27,952 nucleotides of DNA from a virus (lineage: Duplodnaviria > Caudoviricetes): IMG/VR virus record IMGVR_UViG_3300005573_000243, positions 1 through 27,952 of that record; one strand, written 5' to 3'. A program made the translations under genes and the position numbers. This document shows positions 9,782 to 19,351 of the stretch, in pieces. Below the pieces are notes generated by a model that saw only the letters and a program-made list of their open reading frames with translations, did no database searches and had not been told where the DNA came from. Each line of letters begins with the position of its first letter. Positions within the stretch are counted from its first letter, which is position 1.

Positions 9782-10937
9782 ATTGTTCCATCATTTGTTG
9801 AAGTGCATTTACAACATCTTGTTTCTGTTTTATTATTGGTGCTAATTTAGGTTGAATTTTTTCCATAAATTTTATTAAATTTTCACGGTCACTTTCTGAC
9901 ACATCTTTATGTAATTCTGCAAGAGTAGCATCAACTGCATCAGCAGGGGACAATCCTTTTTCCATATATTTCATTATTGTCTGAGTAATTTTTGTTTGTT
10001 CTTTTTCACTTTCTTTTTCCTTTTTTTCGCCTATTTTCATTTTTTCTATTTCTAATTTTTGCCTTATTCCTTCTTCTTTCAGCCATATATCATACATTTT
10101 CGTTAATATCGATAACATATCCTTAAAGTTTTTTTCTGCACTTGTTAGCGCTTGCTGGTCAAGTTTAATTTCATTCAATGTAGCATTAATTTGAGCTTGA
10201 GTTGCTTTATCTTTTAAAGAAGTTAAGGATAAGGTTTTTTGCAAATCCATCTGAGCTTGTGCAAGTGCATCTTGCCTTTTCTGTTTTGCATATTCAAAAT
10301 CTATCTGCCATTGCTGTAACAACTTCTGATATTGTTCTAAATTGTTCTTTTTTATAGTATCAACCAAAGCGTTATAATAATAGTAATTGTAGCCTCCAAA
10401 CTTATCGCCCCTAAAAGCTGCAGCAATCCCTACAACTGCAGGAACAATGTTTTTAAGCAAAACTTCCTGCCAGTTTTTGGCTCTTTCTATTTCCTTTATA
10501 TCTGGTGGAGAAGGCAATTTATTCTCAGCTATAGCTTTGTTGATATTATCATAAGCAGTTTCAAGCTTCTTTCCAGTTTCCTCTAATTGTTCCCATTGCT
10601 TTTTTAGCAATTCACTTATTTGCTCATAATGTTTTTGTATTCGTTCTTGAATTGGTTTTAAGGCTTCTGCTTCTTGTTTCTGTAACCCTGTAACTTCACT
10701 TATGAAAGAAGTGGCAAGAGAAGGTGATTCTGGTATAGAAGTAGGTTTTGCTTTCGTTGCAGGCACAGGTGCAGGTGCTTGTAAAAAAAGTCCCGGTATT
10801 TTACTTTCGTCTACCGAAGGCTCAACTTTTAAAGGCTTTTGAGGCACTGCTTTTGCTCGTTCAGGTAGTTTAAAATACTCCCCCCAAGGTTCATTATAAG
10901 TAGTTACTTTGCCTTTCAAAAAATCTGAAATTCCCAT
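9771..10937 (-). CDS. Internal virion/ejection protein (coiled coil)
   Basis: Q/E/K-rich coiled coil with a central hydrophobic stretch (IVPAVVGIAAAF); synteny. Confidence 0.6.
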   Translation of the reverse strand: MGISDFLKGKVTTYNEPWGEYFKLPERAKAVPQKPLKVEPSVDESKIPGLFLQAPAPVPATKAKPTSIPESPSLATSFISEVTGLQKQEAEALKPIQERIQKHYEQISELLKKQWEQLEETGKKLETAYDNINKAIAENKLPSPPDIKEIERAKNWQEVLLKNIVPAVVGIAAAFRGDKFGGYNYYYYNALVDTIKKNNLEQYQKLLQQWQIDFEYAKQKRQDALAQAQMDLQKTLSLTSLKDKATQAQINATLNEIKLDQQALTSAEKNFKDMLSILTKMYDIWLKEEGIRQKLEIEKMKIGEKKEKESEKEQTKITQTIMKYMEKGLSPADAVDATLAELHKDVSESDRENLIKFMEKIQPKLAPIIKQKQDVVNALQQMMEQYGK

Positions 10938-10946
10938 CTTATCCTC

Positions 10947-11309
10947 CTATTTAAATTGCCAGGGTAAATAAGGAAAAGGCGATGTTGTTTCTTGCTCTTC
11001 GTAAAGAGCGGTAATAGGTGCTGTTAACTGATCCAGTGTTTCTTTTCCTACTCCAGCTTTTGTTAATTCTTCCACAGCTCGTGATGCAAATTCTTTCATC
11101 TTAGGTGCAGTCTTTTCATAAAAACTTAACCATTTAGTAGCCTTCTTATCTTGTGGATGAGACTTTACCCATCCATAAGAAGGAATTGTTTTTGCAAAAT
11201 TAGAAAATAACCATAAACCAAAGAGAAGACTAGCGTCTTTTCCTTTAAGATTAACTGATGGTTTTATTTCTTGTTGCATTTTACTAAAATATGGTATAGA
11301 AATTCCCAT
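10947..11309 (-). CDS. Hypothetical protein, possible internal virion protein
   Basis: 120 aa, AGGAG SD, within the ejection cluster. Confidence 0.5.
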   Translation of the reverse strand: MGISIPYFSKMQQEIKPSVNLKGKDASLLFGLWLFSNFAKTIPSYGWVKSHPQDKKATKWLSFYEKTAPKMKEFASRAVEELTKAGVGKETLDQLTAPITALYEEQETTSPFPYLPWQFK

Positions 11310-11318
11310 CTTTGTCTC

Positions 11319-11924
11319 CTATCCTTTTATATGCACTCCCCACTCAAATAAATCATAATAAGGCTTCATTGCTTGTTCTATTTCAGGTGAAGTAAAGCCT
11401 AAATCGCTTAAAAAGCTTTTTGTCTGCGATAAAAAGTCTTCTGCTGATTGATAAGCTTGTTTATAGTATTTCAATACTTGCCTGGCAGATTTTCCTTTGT
11501 GAGGTCTTGTTTGAGCCCACTCATAAACTCCTGCCATTCTTAATGCTTTTGAAACATCCGGATTGGCAGCTACAAATTGAGAGATTATTGACGGTTGCTG
11601 TTCCTTTAACTGCGTTAATGTTTGTTGCAGTGGTGGAGCTTTTTCTTGCCATATCTGACTAAAAGCAGTTCTTATCTTTTCAGCATAAGGATTATATTGC
11701 AAACTTCCTACTGCGTTTATTAGTGCGTTTTGTAAATTAGCCAATCTTGTTGCTTGTGCTGACTCAATATTGCTTTTTAACTCCTCAAGTGAGCCGGAAA
11801 CTTGAGACTCAAGTTGTCCATATTTAGATTGAATTGCACTAAGAAAAGGACTTATATCCGCTGGAGGAGCTTTTTTTATCTTTTTAGTAACCTTAACAAT
11901 CCAAGGAACTTTTTTCTTTCCCAT
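11319..11924 (-). CDS. Putative internal virion protein
   Basis: Lys-rich N-terminus, Q-rich helical body, AGGAGG SD. Confidence 0.5.
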   Translation of the reverse strand: MGKKKVPWIVKVTKKIKKAPPADISPFLSAIQSKYGQLESQVSGSLEELKSNIESAQATRLANLQNALINAVGSLQYNPYAEKIRTAFSQIWQEKAPPLQQTLTQLKEQQPSIISQFVAANPDVSKALRMAGVYEWAQTRPHKGKSARQVLKYYKQAYQSAEDFLSQTKSFLSDLGFTSPEIEQAMKPYYDLFEWGVHIKG

Positions 11925-11940
11925 AATTGCCTCCTATCTT

Positions 11941-12615
11941 TTAGGTATATATACCTCCATATCCATAAGCGCCAAAAGCAGATTCAGTTTCTCCAAGAGA
12001 AGTTCCGCCTGAAGTTCCACCGCTTAATGTTCCACCAAGTTGTCCAAATGAGCTTGCCAAATTACCGAAAGCCTGCCCTCGTGCTGTTCCTAATTGAGAG
12101 CTATATTGTTGAGCCTGTAACATTCCAGCAACCTGCGCCGCCTTTGCACTTAATTCTAAATTAGCTTTTTCCATTAATTCATTTACATATTCCGTGCTTA
12201 ATCCAGTCATAGAAAGTGCATCCGAAAGTTGTTTCTGCAATAAACTTGCCACATTAGAAAGATATTGTGTTTGAAGTTCAGCAAAAGCAGAAGTCGCAAT
12301 CGTAGAATTAGACAATCCCATTGCTGCCAATCGTTGAGATAATTTAGTTGCGTTCTTATTCCACCAATCATCTAACATAGCCTGATATTGCGGAGTTAGC
12401 TTTCCTTCTTGATACATTTGTAATGCTTGCTGAATATTAGCTCTTGCAGTATCAGATAAACCTTTATTAGCCTCAATAGCCGCATTTATCCGAGTTAAGT
12501 CTTCCTTTGGTATTTGTATCTTTGGAATATGAATTTTTGGCACTCTAATTGCCGAAACTGCTGCCCCTATTCCTGCTACTAAGCTTCCTATTGCTGCTAC
12601 TGCTGCCCAGCCCAT
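11941..12615 (-). CDS. DNA pilot/ejection protein
   Basis: Hydrophobic Gly/Ala N-terminus (MGWAAVAAIGSLVAGIGAAVSA), Q/A-rich helices and Gly/Ser-rich C-terminus, the usual pattern of the first podovirus ejection protein. Confidence 0.7.
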   Translation of the reverse strand: MGWAAVAAIGSLVAGIGAAVSAIRVPKIHIPKIQIPKEDLTRINAAIEANKGLSDTARANIQQALQMYQEGKLTPQYQAMLDDWWNKNATKLSQRLAAMGLSNSTIATSAFAELQTQYLSNVASLLQKQLSDALSMTGLSTEYVNELMEKANLELSAKAAQVAGMLQAQQYSSQLGTARGQAFGNLASSFGQLGGTLSGGTSGGTSLGETESAFGAYGYGGIYT

Positions 12616-12617
12616 AA

Positions 12618-13019
12618 TTACACCTCCTTTAAATAAAATTTATCTCTTTTAGTTTTAAAAAATATCATTTTTTTAGCCCCTAAAGTTTTAGCGTTTTTCA
12701 TAAAAAAGCTTTTATGAATTGGCAAAACATTACCACAAACAAGGAAAGGAAATATCACATCTCCCCTTACCTGCTTTCTCATTAAAACTTTTGCCCCTTC
12801 TAAAAAGCTTTGAGTTTTCATAATTCTTTCTGCATCATCTAAGTTACAAAAAGCATAGAACGCTACCACCCACTGTCCATTTACCGCCGCTATAAAGTAA
12901 TTTTTTACCTCATAAGCCCAAGCAATAAGATTGCATTGTTCGGTTACCTGCCAGCTATCTTTACCACAAGCTACTAAACAAAAATCTAAAATAGTGCTTA
13001 ATGGTAATCGTAACATCAT
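12618..13019 (-). CDS. Hypothetical protein (acetyltransferase-like position)
   Basis: 133 aa alpha/beta; sits between tail and ejection genes, where podoviruses often carry a GNAT-like gene. Function by synteny only. Confidence 0.4.
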   Translation of the reverse strand: MMLRLPLSTILDFCLVACGKDSWQVTEQCNLIAWAYEVKNYFIAAVNGQWVVAFYAFCNLDDAERIMKTQSFLEGAKVLMRKQVRGDVIFPFLVCGNVLPIHKSFFMKNAKTLGAKKMIFFKTKRDKFYLKEV

Positions 13020-13417
13020 AAGTTGTTCCTTATAACATCAATTGACCGCCAAAGTGTGTTGTGAATATCTTTTTCAAGCTTTAAAAAACTTTCTACATCT
13101 AAGTCCCAAACATTACTCGGATAATTTCGTGGAAAGATAAAAACTGGAATAGTTAAGCTTTTTCCTATCTGATTTAAAAAGTCATAATACATCTGATGTT
13201 GTTTCCAGTTAGTATCAAAAAAAGTTGTTATTAGTCTCTCATCTTTTGGATCAAAAGGTGGTAAATTGTAATAAGTAATTTGTAAATCTAAATTTTTAGT
13301 TTTTGCAAAAGCATTTATCCAAGATGCCATCTCTTGATGGTCAAGTGCGTGGTATCGATTATAATCATACCAAAAATTCTTATCTAATTTATCCTCAATC
13401 AGTGGCAAATTATACAT
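13016..13417 (-). CDS. Hypothetical helical protein with repeated His motif
   Basis: Three helical units ending in His (HALDHQ, WKQHQ, KDIHN); coupled to the nozzle gene. Confidence 0.55.
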   Translation of the reverse strand: MYNLPLIEDKLDKNFWYDYNRYHALDHQEMASWINAFAKTKNLDLQITYYNLPPFDPKDERLITTFFDTNWKQHQMYYDFLNQIGKSLTIPVFIFPRNYPSNVWDLDVESFLKLEKDIHNTLWRSIDVIRNNL

Positions 13418-15206
13418 ATCTTGCCCCTTTAGATCCTCTAATTCTTACATTAATAATTTCCGAATAGGCATTATCCGCTTGTTTTAACTCAATCTGAAAT
13501 TGCTTTACTCTCATCGCATAAGGAAGAGTATTTGCTGGCTTCAATACCGCATTCCAAAAATCTTCTGATTTTGTTATTTGAATAAGCTGACCGCTTGAAG
13601 TTTGAAAAATAATATTATCCTGTTGTGCGCCAAATACCAGAGTAATAAACTGCTGAAGATAGTTAAAACTTCCTCTGCCATAAATAACAACATCTTTTAT
13701 GTTATAGTAAGTATTATCAACATTGAAGAATATCTTTGATTTTACTTGCAAAGGTAAATAATTGCTACTTCCAAACAATTTATATACTTTCGTTCCATTT
13801 ACAATCCAAGCATCAGCTAAAAGGTTTGACATTATTGTTCCTTCAATATTCAAGGCAAACCATCTTTTAGTAAGCAAGTTATAGCAATATATAGCTTTCT
13901 TAGTTGCATCAATAGCACTGGTAGCAGTTATAGCAATATAAGGAATTTGCTTATAAGAAAAATAACAAATTCCAAAAATACTACCAGTCTTATCAGTAAT
14001 AGCATCATCTATCTTTTGCGGTGAAGTTGCGGTAATTTCATATAATCCGAAAGGAGTATGGAAATAAACCGTATGTTCATTAACTACATATTTCCTTATT
14101 CCAGTTATCCCTACATCTTTTACAATTTCCGTAATATACCACTGAGTCGGATCATTTGATATTGTCGTTCCAATTAAAGCTATTATACTTCTATCAGTAA
14201 AAACATAGATGCTATCTTCTTTTGGAACAAGCGCTAAAATTTGAGCAAATATTGAAACAGTTAAGGTTATAGCACCTCCTCCTTGTGATGTATCAAAAAC
14301 CTGCGCAGTTCTTTTAACTGAAACATCATCAATAGTCAAAACTGTATTATCAGAAGTAGGAACAAATTTTAAATTGCTTGTATCTATAGCGCTTATTATT
14401 TGCGTATAAGTGCCATTTGCAGAAACAGTTGTTCCTGCTTTCCCGCCAATATATGGTGTTACTCCGCCAGCAGAATAATTTTTAACAGTAAATGTAAGCG
14501 AATACATCTCACCTGCAACTGCTCCAATATTCTGTTCTAATGCGCCTGAACCAGTTGCAGATGCTTTATCTGCTTCTAAATTTGTCGAGTCATAAGACCA
14601 TCCTGTTCCAAATATCCAGCCTGTCGATGCACTAAAATTTCCATTTGTCACCTTCTCAGAACCATAGGGACCACTTTTCCCAGTCGGATCGGGATTAGGA
14701 ATTGAAAAAGCAAAAACTCTATCTTTTCCTACAAATATTCTGCCTTTCCAATAAGAAATAGCATCACCAGTAATCCCGTTAAAAGTCAAATCATAAATAC
14801 TTGTTCCATCAAAAACAATAAGAAAACTATTCTTAGCAGTTATCCAAATATATTTATTGTCTTGGATAGCATAATCACACTTACTAACTGTAGTAGCAAA
14901 AGTAGCAATCTGACTAAAAGAAGAAGAGTATAACCTTAAATAGCTACCATCAAGAATACAAAAATATTGTGAACTACCAAGATAAAAGGTAAAGAAATCT
15001 AAGATATTAGCCGAATGCGTATATACTGAAGCAATATCAGGAATATTTTCTACCGCACCAGTTAACTTTGGAAGTGCACTGCACCAGACAGAAGTATCCT
15101 CAGGAATGGTATAAGGATCTTGTGAAGTGATAATTCCATTCCACGGTTGAATATCAACTTCAAAACTTCCAACTAAATCCGTTGTTTTTCTTTTTCTTTT
15201 AGCCAT
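13410..15206 (-). CDS. Tail tubular protein B/nozzle (beta-propeller) with inserted carbohydrate-binding-like domain
   Basis: 598 aa beta-rich with blade-like segments (SYWKGRIFVG, IYVFTDRSI, YCYNLLTKRW); follows the adaptor gene. Confidence 0.75.
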   Translation of the reverse strand: MAKRKRKTTDLVGSFEVDIQPWNGIITSQDPYTIPEDTSVWCSALPKLTGAVENIPDIASVYTHSANILDFFTFYLGSSQYFCILDGSYLRLYSSSFSQIATFATTVSKCDYAIQDNKYIWITAKNSFLIVFDGTSIYDLTFNGITGDAISYWKGRIFVGKDRVFAFSIPNPDPTGKSGPYGSEKVTNGNFSASTGWIFGTGWSYDSTNLEADKASATGSGALEQNIGAVAGEMYSLTFTVKNYSAGGVTPYIGGKAGTTVSANGTYTQIISAIDTSNLKFVPTSDNTVLTIDDVSVKRTAQVFDTSQGGGAITLTVSIFAQILALVPKEDSIYVFTDRSIIALIGTTISNDPTQWYITEIVKDVGITGIRKYVVNEHTVYFHTPFGLYEITATSPQKIDDAITDKTGSIFGICYFSYKQIPYIAITATSAIDATKKAIYCYNLLTKRWFALNIEGTIMSNLLADAWIVNGTKVYKLFGSSNYLPLQVKSKIFFNVDNTYYNIKDVVIYGRGSFNYLQQFITLVFGAQQDNIIFQTSSGQLIQITKSEDFWNAVLKPANTLPYAMRVKQFQIELKQADNAYSEIINVRIRGSKGARYV

Positions 15207-15212
15207 TCATCA

Positions 15213-15782
15213 TCATATTTTTGCAATCTTTAATTGTGTATAAAACTCTTGCTCAAATAATGTAGCAAGCTCATATTTCTGATCAAATCGTGCTAAATCA
15301 CTTGCCATATCATAAGCAATAGGTTTCAGATAAATATCAGGAATAACATCATTTGTTCCAAGATTATCAGTTGTATAACTGAAATCAAGTGGAACATAGC
15401 CATATAAATATATGGGATAACCTTTGTCGGGAACAGGATATAAAGTTAATTCATTCATTGGTGTAAAAGCATATTGCACCGGAAACATAGAAAGAACTTT
15501 GTCTCTTAAAGGAAACTCTCCTTCCTTCTTTTTCTCAAGTGGAACAATAAGAGAATTTCCTATATCCACCGTTGCCCTATGGATTTCATAGAAATTTTTA
15601 TCAAGCAAATACCGCCAATATGTAGCTACTGTGGTAAAGCTATACTCGCCATAGGTTAGTTGCATAAGCTTATTTACCTTTTCTCTCGCCTGGTTTACAA
15701 ATTTAACCAGAGAAGCTTGAGACAAAAAGGTCTCTACTGAGTATATGCTTTTTGCCAGCTCGATTATATCGTTTCCGGTCAT
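15213..15782 (-). CDS. Head-tail adaptor/tail tubular protein A
   Basis: 189 aa; N-terminal helices (FVNQAREKVN), LTLYPVPDKGY, IPDIYLKPIAY and C-terminal helix; synteny. Confidence 0.8.
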   Translation of the reverse strand: MTGNDIIELAKSIYSVETFLSQASLVKFVNQAREKVNKLMQLTYGEYSFTTVATYWRYLLDKNFYEIHRATVDIGNSLIVPLEKKKEGEFPLRDKVLSMFPVQYAFTPMNELTLYPVPDKGYPIYLYGYVPLDFSYTTDNLGTNDVIPDIYLKPIAYDMASDLARFDQKYELATLFEQEFYTQLKIAKI

Positions 15783-15790
15783 AGCTTACC

Positions 15791-16090
15791 TCAGCTAATT
15801 TGAGGTGGAATTTGTTTCTTTTTCAAAATATCTTTCCCAAATATTACTTTACATATAAGGTTATCCCATATATCCTTGTCGCTCATATGAGTAAATCCCG
15901 GATTTGCAAACCTCATTCTTTCGCAACACCATTTCACAATCCTTTCATTAATATCATCCATACCATAAGCGAAGTAGAGTTTCGCAGCAATTTCCGGAAT
16001 TTCCGCAACTTCCCTCACTGGCAAAAGATATTCCTTATCTTGATAGACAACCTTAAAATCTCGGTTGCTATTGTTTTGAACTAAAACCAT
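15791..16090 (-). CDS. Hypothetical protein following the capsid gene
   Basis: 99 aa with GGAGG SD. Confidence 0.6.
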   Translation of the reverse strand: MVLVQNNSNRDFKVVYQDKEYLLPVREVAEIPEIAAKLYFAYGMDDINERIVKWCCERMRFANPGFTHMSDKDIWDNLICKVIFGKDILKKKQIPPQIS

Positions 16091-16114
16091 TTTTTATCCT
16101 CCATTAATTAGAGG

Positions 16115-17197
16115 TTAAACGCCAGTTGCAATTGGCATATTCTGCAGTCTAAAATGCGCTATTGGAGCATCGCAGAAAAGCTGAGCACCAAACAGTAAGT
16201 ATGAGAAGTAAGCAAGCTTTCCAGTAATACTCAAATCCTTCCAATCTGATGCTGTAACTGCATAACCGTCACTGAACACAAGCCTGAGGTGTGACCAGTT
16301 GATGAAGAAAATTTCAGTGCTTGAAGTGTCATCAGCTATGTATGGATCAGGAAAGATTGGAATTCCGTTTATTGCTATTCCGGTAACTTCATATTGCCTG
16401 GTCTCATCTAATTTAGCCGGGTCAGCAACAATATACCGTTCAATATTGGTAAAACTTTCCGCCAGTGCCTGGAAGCCTGCAGGAGAAGTAAAACCAACAT
16501 CAGGTAACCCCATTGTAGATGCAAGTTTTTGATATTTGCTCAACGCTCGCATCACATATATAAAATTTGCCAATCCAGTGCCAAATAAAGTTTGAGCATC
16601 CCAGATATAGGAATTCCAGTAAGTATTAGCACTTCTATCAATATTTCCATAATTAGAATTTACCGTTCCGTTATCAATTGCATCCTTAATACCATAAATC
16701 TGAGTAGTGTCTTCCGTTCCGCCACTTACTCTTGTTCCGGTTAGCCAGGTTGCAATCTGACTCATCAATCCAATCCAAGTTTCAGATGCTCGAACCTTGA
16801 CAGCATCATACAACACATTCGGATTGCCTTGCTCATATGCCTTCACTTCAAAATCAGTTGCAATGAAAGTTGACAGTGCCAGATTAAAATAGAAAGTAGC
16901 CATATCCGCAAGGTCAACATCAACCGCAGAAGGAACATTAAAGCTGGCATTATAATCTACTTTCTGCACATTATTAATTTCCTTCTTCGCAACTGGTTGA
17001 GAAATGAAAGGAAAGCTAATTGATTTAACTTCCGAATGTTCAAGCAATCTCCTGGTAAGTGGAGAAAGCTTTCCTAAGTTTTGAGCTACCACATAAGGTG
17101 GAATAGCTCTGCTTAAAGAGTTTAAGTAGTCTTTTGCCCCAGTTTGGTCAGTGGGACTATAAAATCCATAAATTGACCCATAATTAAAGTTTGGCAT
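16115..17197 (-). CDS. Major capsid protein
   Basis: 360 aa with strong AAGGAGGT SD, after the scaffold; HK97-type segments (YGNIDRSANTYWNS, INGIPIFPDPY, IFFINWSHLRL). Confidence 0.88.
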   Translation of the reverse strand: MPNFNYGSIYGFYSPTDQTGAKDYLNSLSRAIPPYVVAQNLGKLSPLTRRLLEHSEVKSISFPFISQPVAKKEINNVQKVDYNASFNVPSAVDVDLADMATFYFNLALSTFIATDFEVKAYEQGNPNVLYDAVKVRASETWIGLMSQIATWLTGTRVSGGTEDTTQIYGIKDAIDNGTVNSNYGNIDRSANTYWNSYIWDAQTLFGTGLANFIYVMRALSKYQKLASTMGLPDVGFTSPAGFQALAESFTNIERYIVADPAKLDETRQYEVTGIAINGIPIFPDPYIADDTSSTEIFFINWSHLRLVFSDGYAVTASDWKDLSITGKLAYFSYLLFGAQLFCDAPIAHFRLQNMPIATGV

Positions 17198-17227
17198 TGT
17201 TATTACCTCCTTCTATGAATTAACTTG

Positions 17228-17767
17228 TTATCGTTTAACACCCAAAGCCTGTAGATGTGCGCCAAAAAGCGCCTCTTCAGGATTCTTCCAGAATTCAGAT
17301 CCAATTCTTCCTTTGAAATCTGGCTTCTGGTAAGTTGGCTGAGCTATTTTTGCTCGCCGATAGTTTTGTAATACCGTTTCCCATCCTTCCAAAGTTGACG
17401 GGAAAATACCGGTTTCCTTTATAAATTTTTCCAGTTCCGAATATTCCGCATCTGTAATTCCATACTTGCCTAACAATTCCTGTAATGCTACTTTCTTTTT
17501 AGCCCCTTCTTCTTCCTTCTTTTTAGTCTCAATTTCCTCAATTTTCTTATTCAGCTTCTCAAGTTCTTCTTGATAGCGTTTCTCGTGTGGAGGATCGTCA
17601 ATTTTCACTCCCACTTTTTCTGCTATCTTTTTCAGATGCGGTCGCAATTCCGGGTCTTCATAAGCAGTTTTAACTGCTTGATCATAACCCAGAAAAGCTT
17701 GTTCCAGCTTCTGATATTTATCCATTAATTGTTTATATGCTTCTTCATAATCCATAATATCTTCCAT
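17228..17767 (-). CDS. Capsid scaffolding protein
   Basis: E/K-rich coiled coil immediately upstream of the major capsid gene. Confidence 0.75.
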   Translation of the reverse strand: MEDIMDYEEAYKQLMDKYQKLEQAFLGYDQAVKTAYEDPELRPHLKKIAEKVGVKIDDPPHEKRYQEELEKLNKKIEEIETKKKEEEGAKKKVALQELLGKYGITDAEYSELEKFIKETGIFPSTLEGWETVLQNYRRAKIAQPTYQKPDFKGRIGSEFWKNPEEALFGAHLQALGVKR

Positions 17768-17928
17768 TACTTTTTACCTCCCTTTTTAGCTTTTACGGTT
17801 CTTTCCTTCTTTGCAATAGAAGGATGATAGCCGATCCTTGGATCTTGGCCTAAATTAACCAAGAAGTCTCTTGCCTGGTCTGGAGTCGCAGGCATCTTCC
17901 TTGCCATTGAAGTTGCTTTCTTTAACAT
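17767..17928 (-). CDS. 53-aa basic protein (not in ORF track)
   Basis: MLKKATSMARKMPATPDQARDFLVNLGQDPRIGYHPSIAKKERTVKAKKGGKK; AAGGAGGTGA SD; TAATG overlap with the scaffold start. Confidence 0.8.
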   Translation of the reverse strand: MLKKATSMARKMPATPDQARDFLVNLGQDPRIGYHPSIAKKERTVKAKKGGKK

Positions 17929-17945
17929 CTCTTTTCACCTCCTTT

Positions 17946-19121
17946 CTATGGATATTTTTTAACTTCAGTTTGAACATAACCTTCCTTCTCAATATGAGCA
18001 GGAATATAAGTCGCTTTATTTACTGTTACTGGTTTATAACTTGCCTTATTTACTTCTACCTTCCATCTAAATAGAAATGCTTTTGCTATTGCACTTCCGC
18101 CAACTTTAACTAATCCACTTCCAATATAGCTTTTTATCTTTGAAACTAATGCTGTTCCTCCCGTTTGAATTTTACCACTGCCAACATAGGCTTTTGTTTT
18201 AGAAATTATTGCCTGTCCACTTGTCTGAATTAAACCACCACCAACATAGTTTTTTATCTTCGATACACTTGCCGTTCCACCTGTCTGTATCTGTCCTGAA
18301 CCGATATAAGCCTTTACCTTTGATAATAATGCCTGTCCGCTTACCTGAATTAAACCACCACCAATATAAGAAAATATTCTGAACTTTGAAGTCTGTGCCT
18401 GTCCACTTGTCTGAATTAAGCCACTACCTATATAAGCCTTTGTCTTAGAAACCGCCGCCTGTCCACTTGTCTGAATTAAGCCACTACCTACATAAGCTTT
18501 TGTTTTAGAAATTACCGCTTGTCCACTCGTCTGTATTTGCCCACTACCTACATAACTTTTTGTCTTTGATACGCTCGCTGACCCGCTTGTCTGTATTAAG
18601 CCTGAACCTGTATAAGTATAAGTATTAACCGCCGTGTAATAAACCGTTATCCGAATGTGGTCAATGTAAGAAATACTATTGGCCGCATAGCCTCTGCAAG
18701 CAATTGCCATTCCAAAATTAGATGCATTTATATCAGCTGCTGTCCAGCTTAGTCCCCATAAATCAGTGCTTCCGCCATAACTTTTATAAGTATCAGTTGT
18801 AGGCCAGTTATTAGTAGTATCTGCCTTATTATTTCCCGAAATAGCACCGCCTTTTACAAGTTTAACGCTATAATCTCCAATAGTTCCAGCAGCAGCTTTT
18901 CTTTCTACCTCAACCAAAATTCCATTAATAGTAGCATTAGAAGGAATAGAAAAACCAAAACCAGTAGCTTTTAAATAGTGCGAAATAATACCAGAATTAA
19001 GTGTTACACTTGCATAAACATTATCACTATACTGCGCATTAGCAGGATTACTCCAAGCAACCGTGCCTACTGAAGCATCGTCAACAAAACTACTTCCATT
19101 ATTCGGACCAGCAGAAGACAT
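17946..19121 (-). CDS. Repeat-containing virion fibre/decoration protein
   Basis: N-terminal beta-sandwich domain of about 165 aa, then nine ~20-aa repeats and a short C-terminal tail. Confidence 0.7.
   Translation of the reverse strand: MSSAGPNNGSSFVDDASVGTVAWSNPANAQYSDNVYASVTLNSGIISHYLKATGFGFSIPSNATINGILVEVERKAAAGTIGDYSVKLVKGGAISGNNKADTTNNWPTTDTYKSYGGSTDLWGLSWTAADINASNFGMAIACRGYAANSISYIDHIRITVYYTAVNTYTYTGSGLIQTSGSASVSKTKSYVGSGQIQTSGQAVISKTKAYVGSGLIQTSGQAAVSKTKAYIGSGLIQTSGQAQTSKFRIFSYIGGGLIQVSGQALLSKVKAYIGSGQIQTGGTASVSKIKNYVGGGLIQTSGQAIISKTKAYVGSGKIQTGGTALVSKIKSYIGSGLVKVGGSAIAKAFLFRWKVEVNKASYKPVTVNKATYIPAHIEKEGYVQTEVKKYP
18075..18620 (-). repeat. Intragenic tandem repeat, 9 x ~60 bp
   Basis: Consensus peptide KAY(I/V)GSGLIQTSGQAx(V/I)SKT; one unit is 2 aa longer. 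Confidence 0.9.
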
Positions 19122-19131
19122 AAATTAGCCT

Positions 19132-19314
19132 TTATAAGTTTTCGCTTACCGTGTCTTCAATCAAGCTTTCGCCTTTTGTCGCAACTATACTTTTACAAGC
19201 AGGTAAAGTAGTTTTAACTGTGCTGATAGCATTCTTTATCTTACTATACCAAGTGTCTCTATCAGTTTGGTTATCAAAGAGCAAAGTTATAACGATATTG
19301 TATTCGGTTTTCAT
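19132..19314 (-). CDS. Hypothetical 60-aa protein
   Basis: GAGGAG SD; fills the operon gap. Confidence 0.65.
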   Translation of the reverse strand: MKTEYNIVITLLFDNQTDRDTWYSKIKNAISTVKTTLPACKSIVATKGESLIEDTVSENL

Positions 19315-19351
19315 AAGTTATCTCCTCTAATTTGTCATTTTACAACTCATC

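Noticed and set aside
18075-18620. 60-bp periodic repeat considered as a CRISPR array or DGR template
   Set aside because: It is in-frame coding with variation spread across units, has no repeat-spacer alternation, and no cas or reverse transcriptase gene is in the window.
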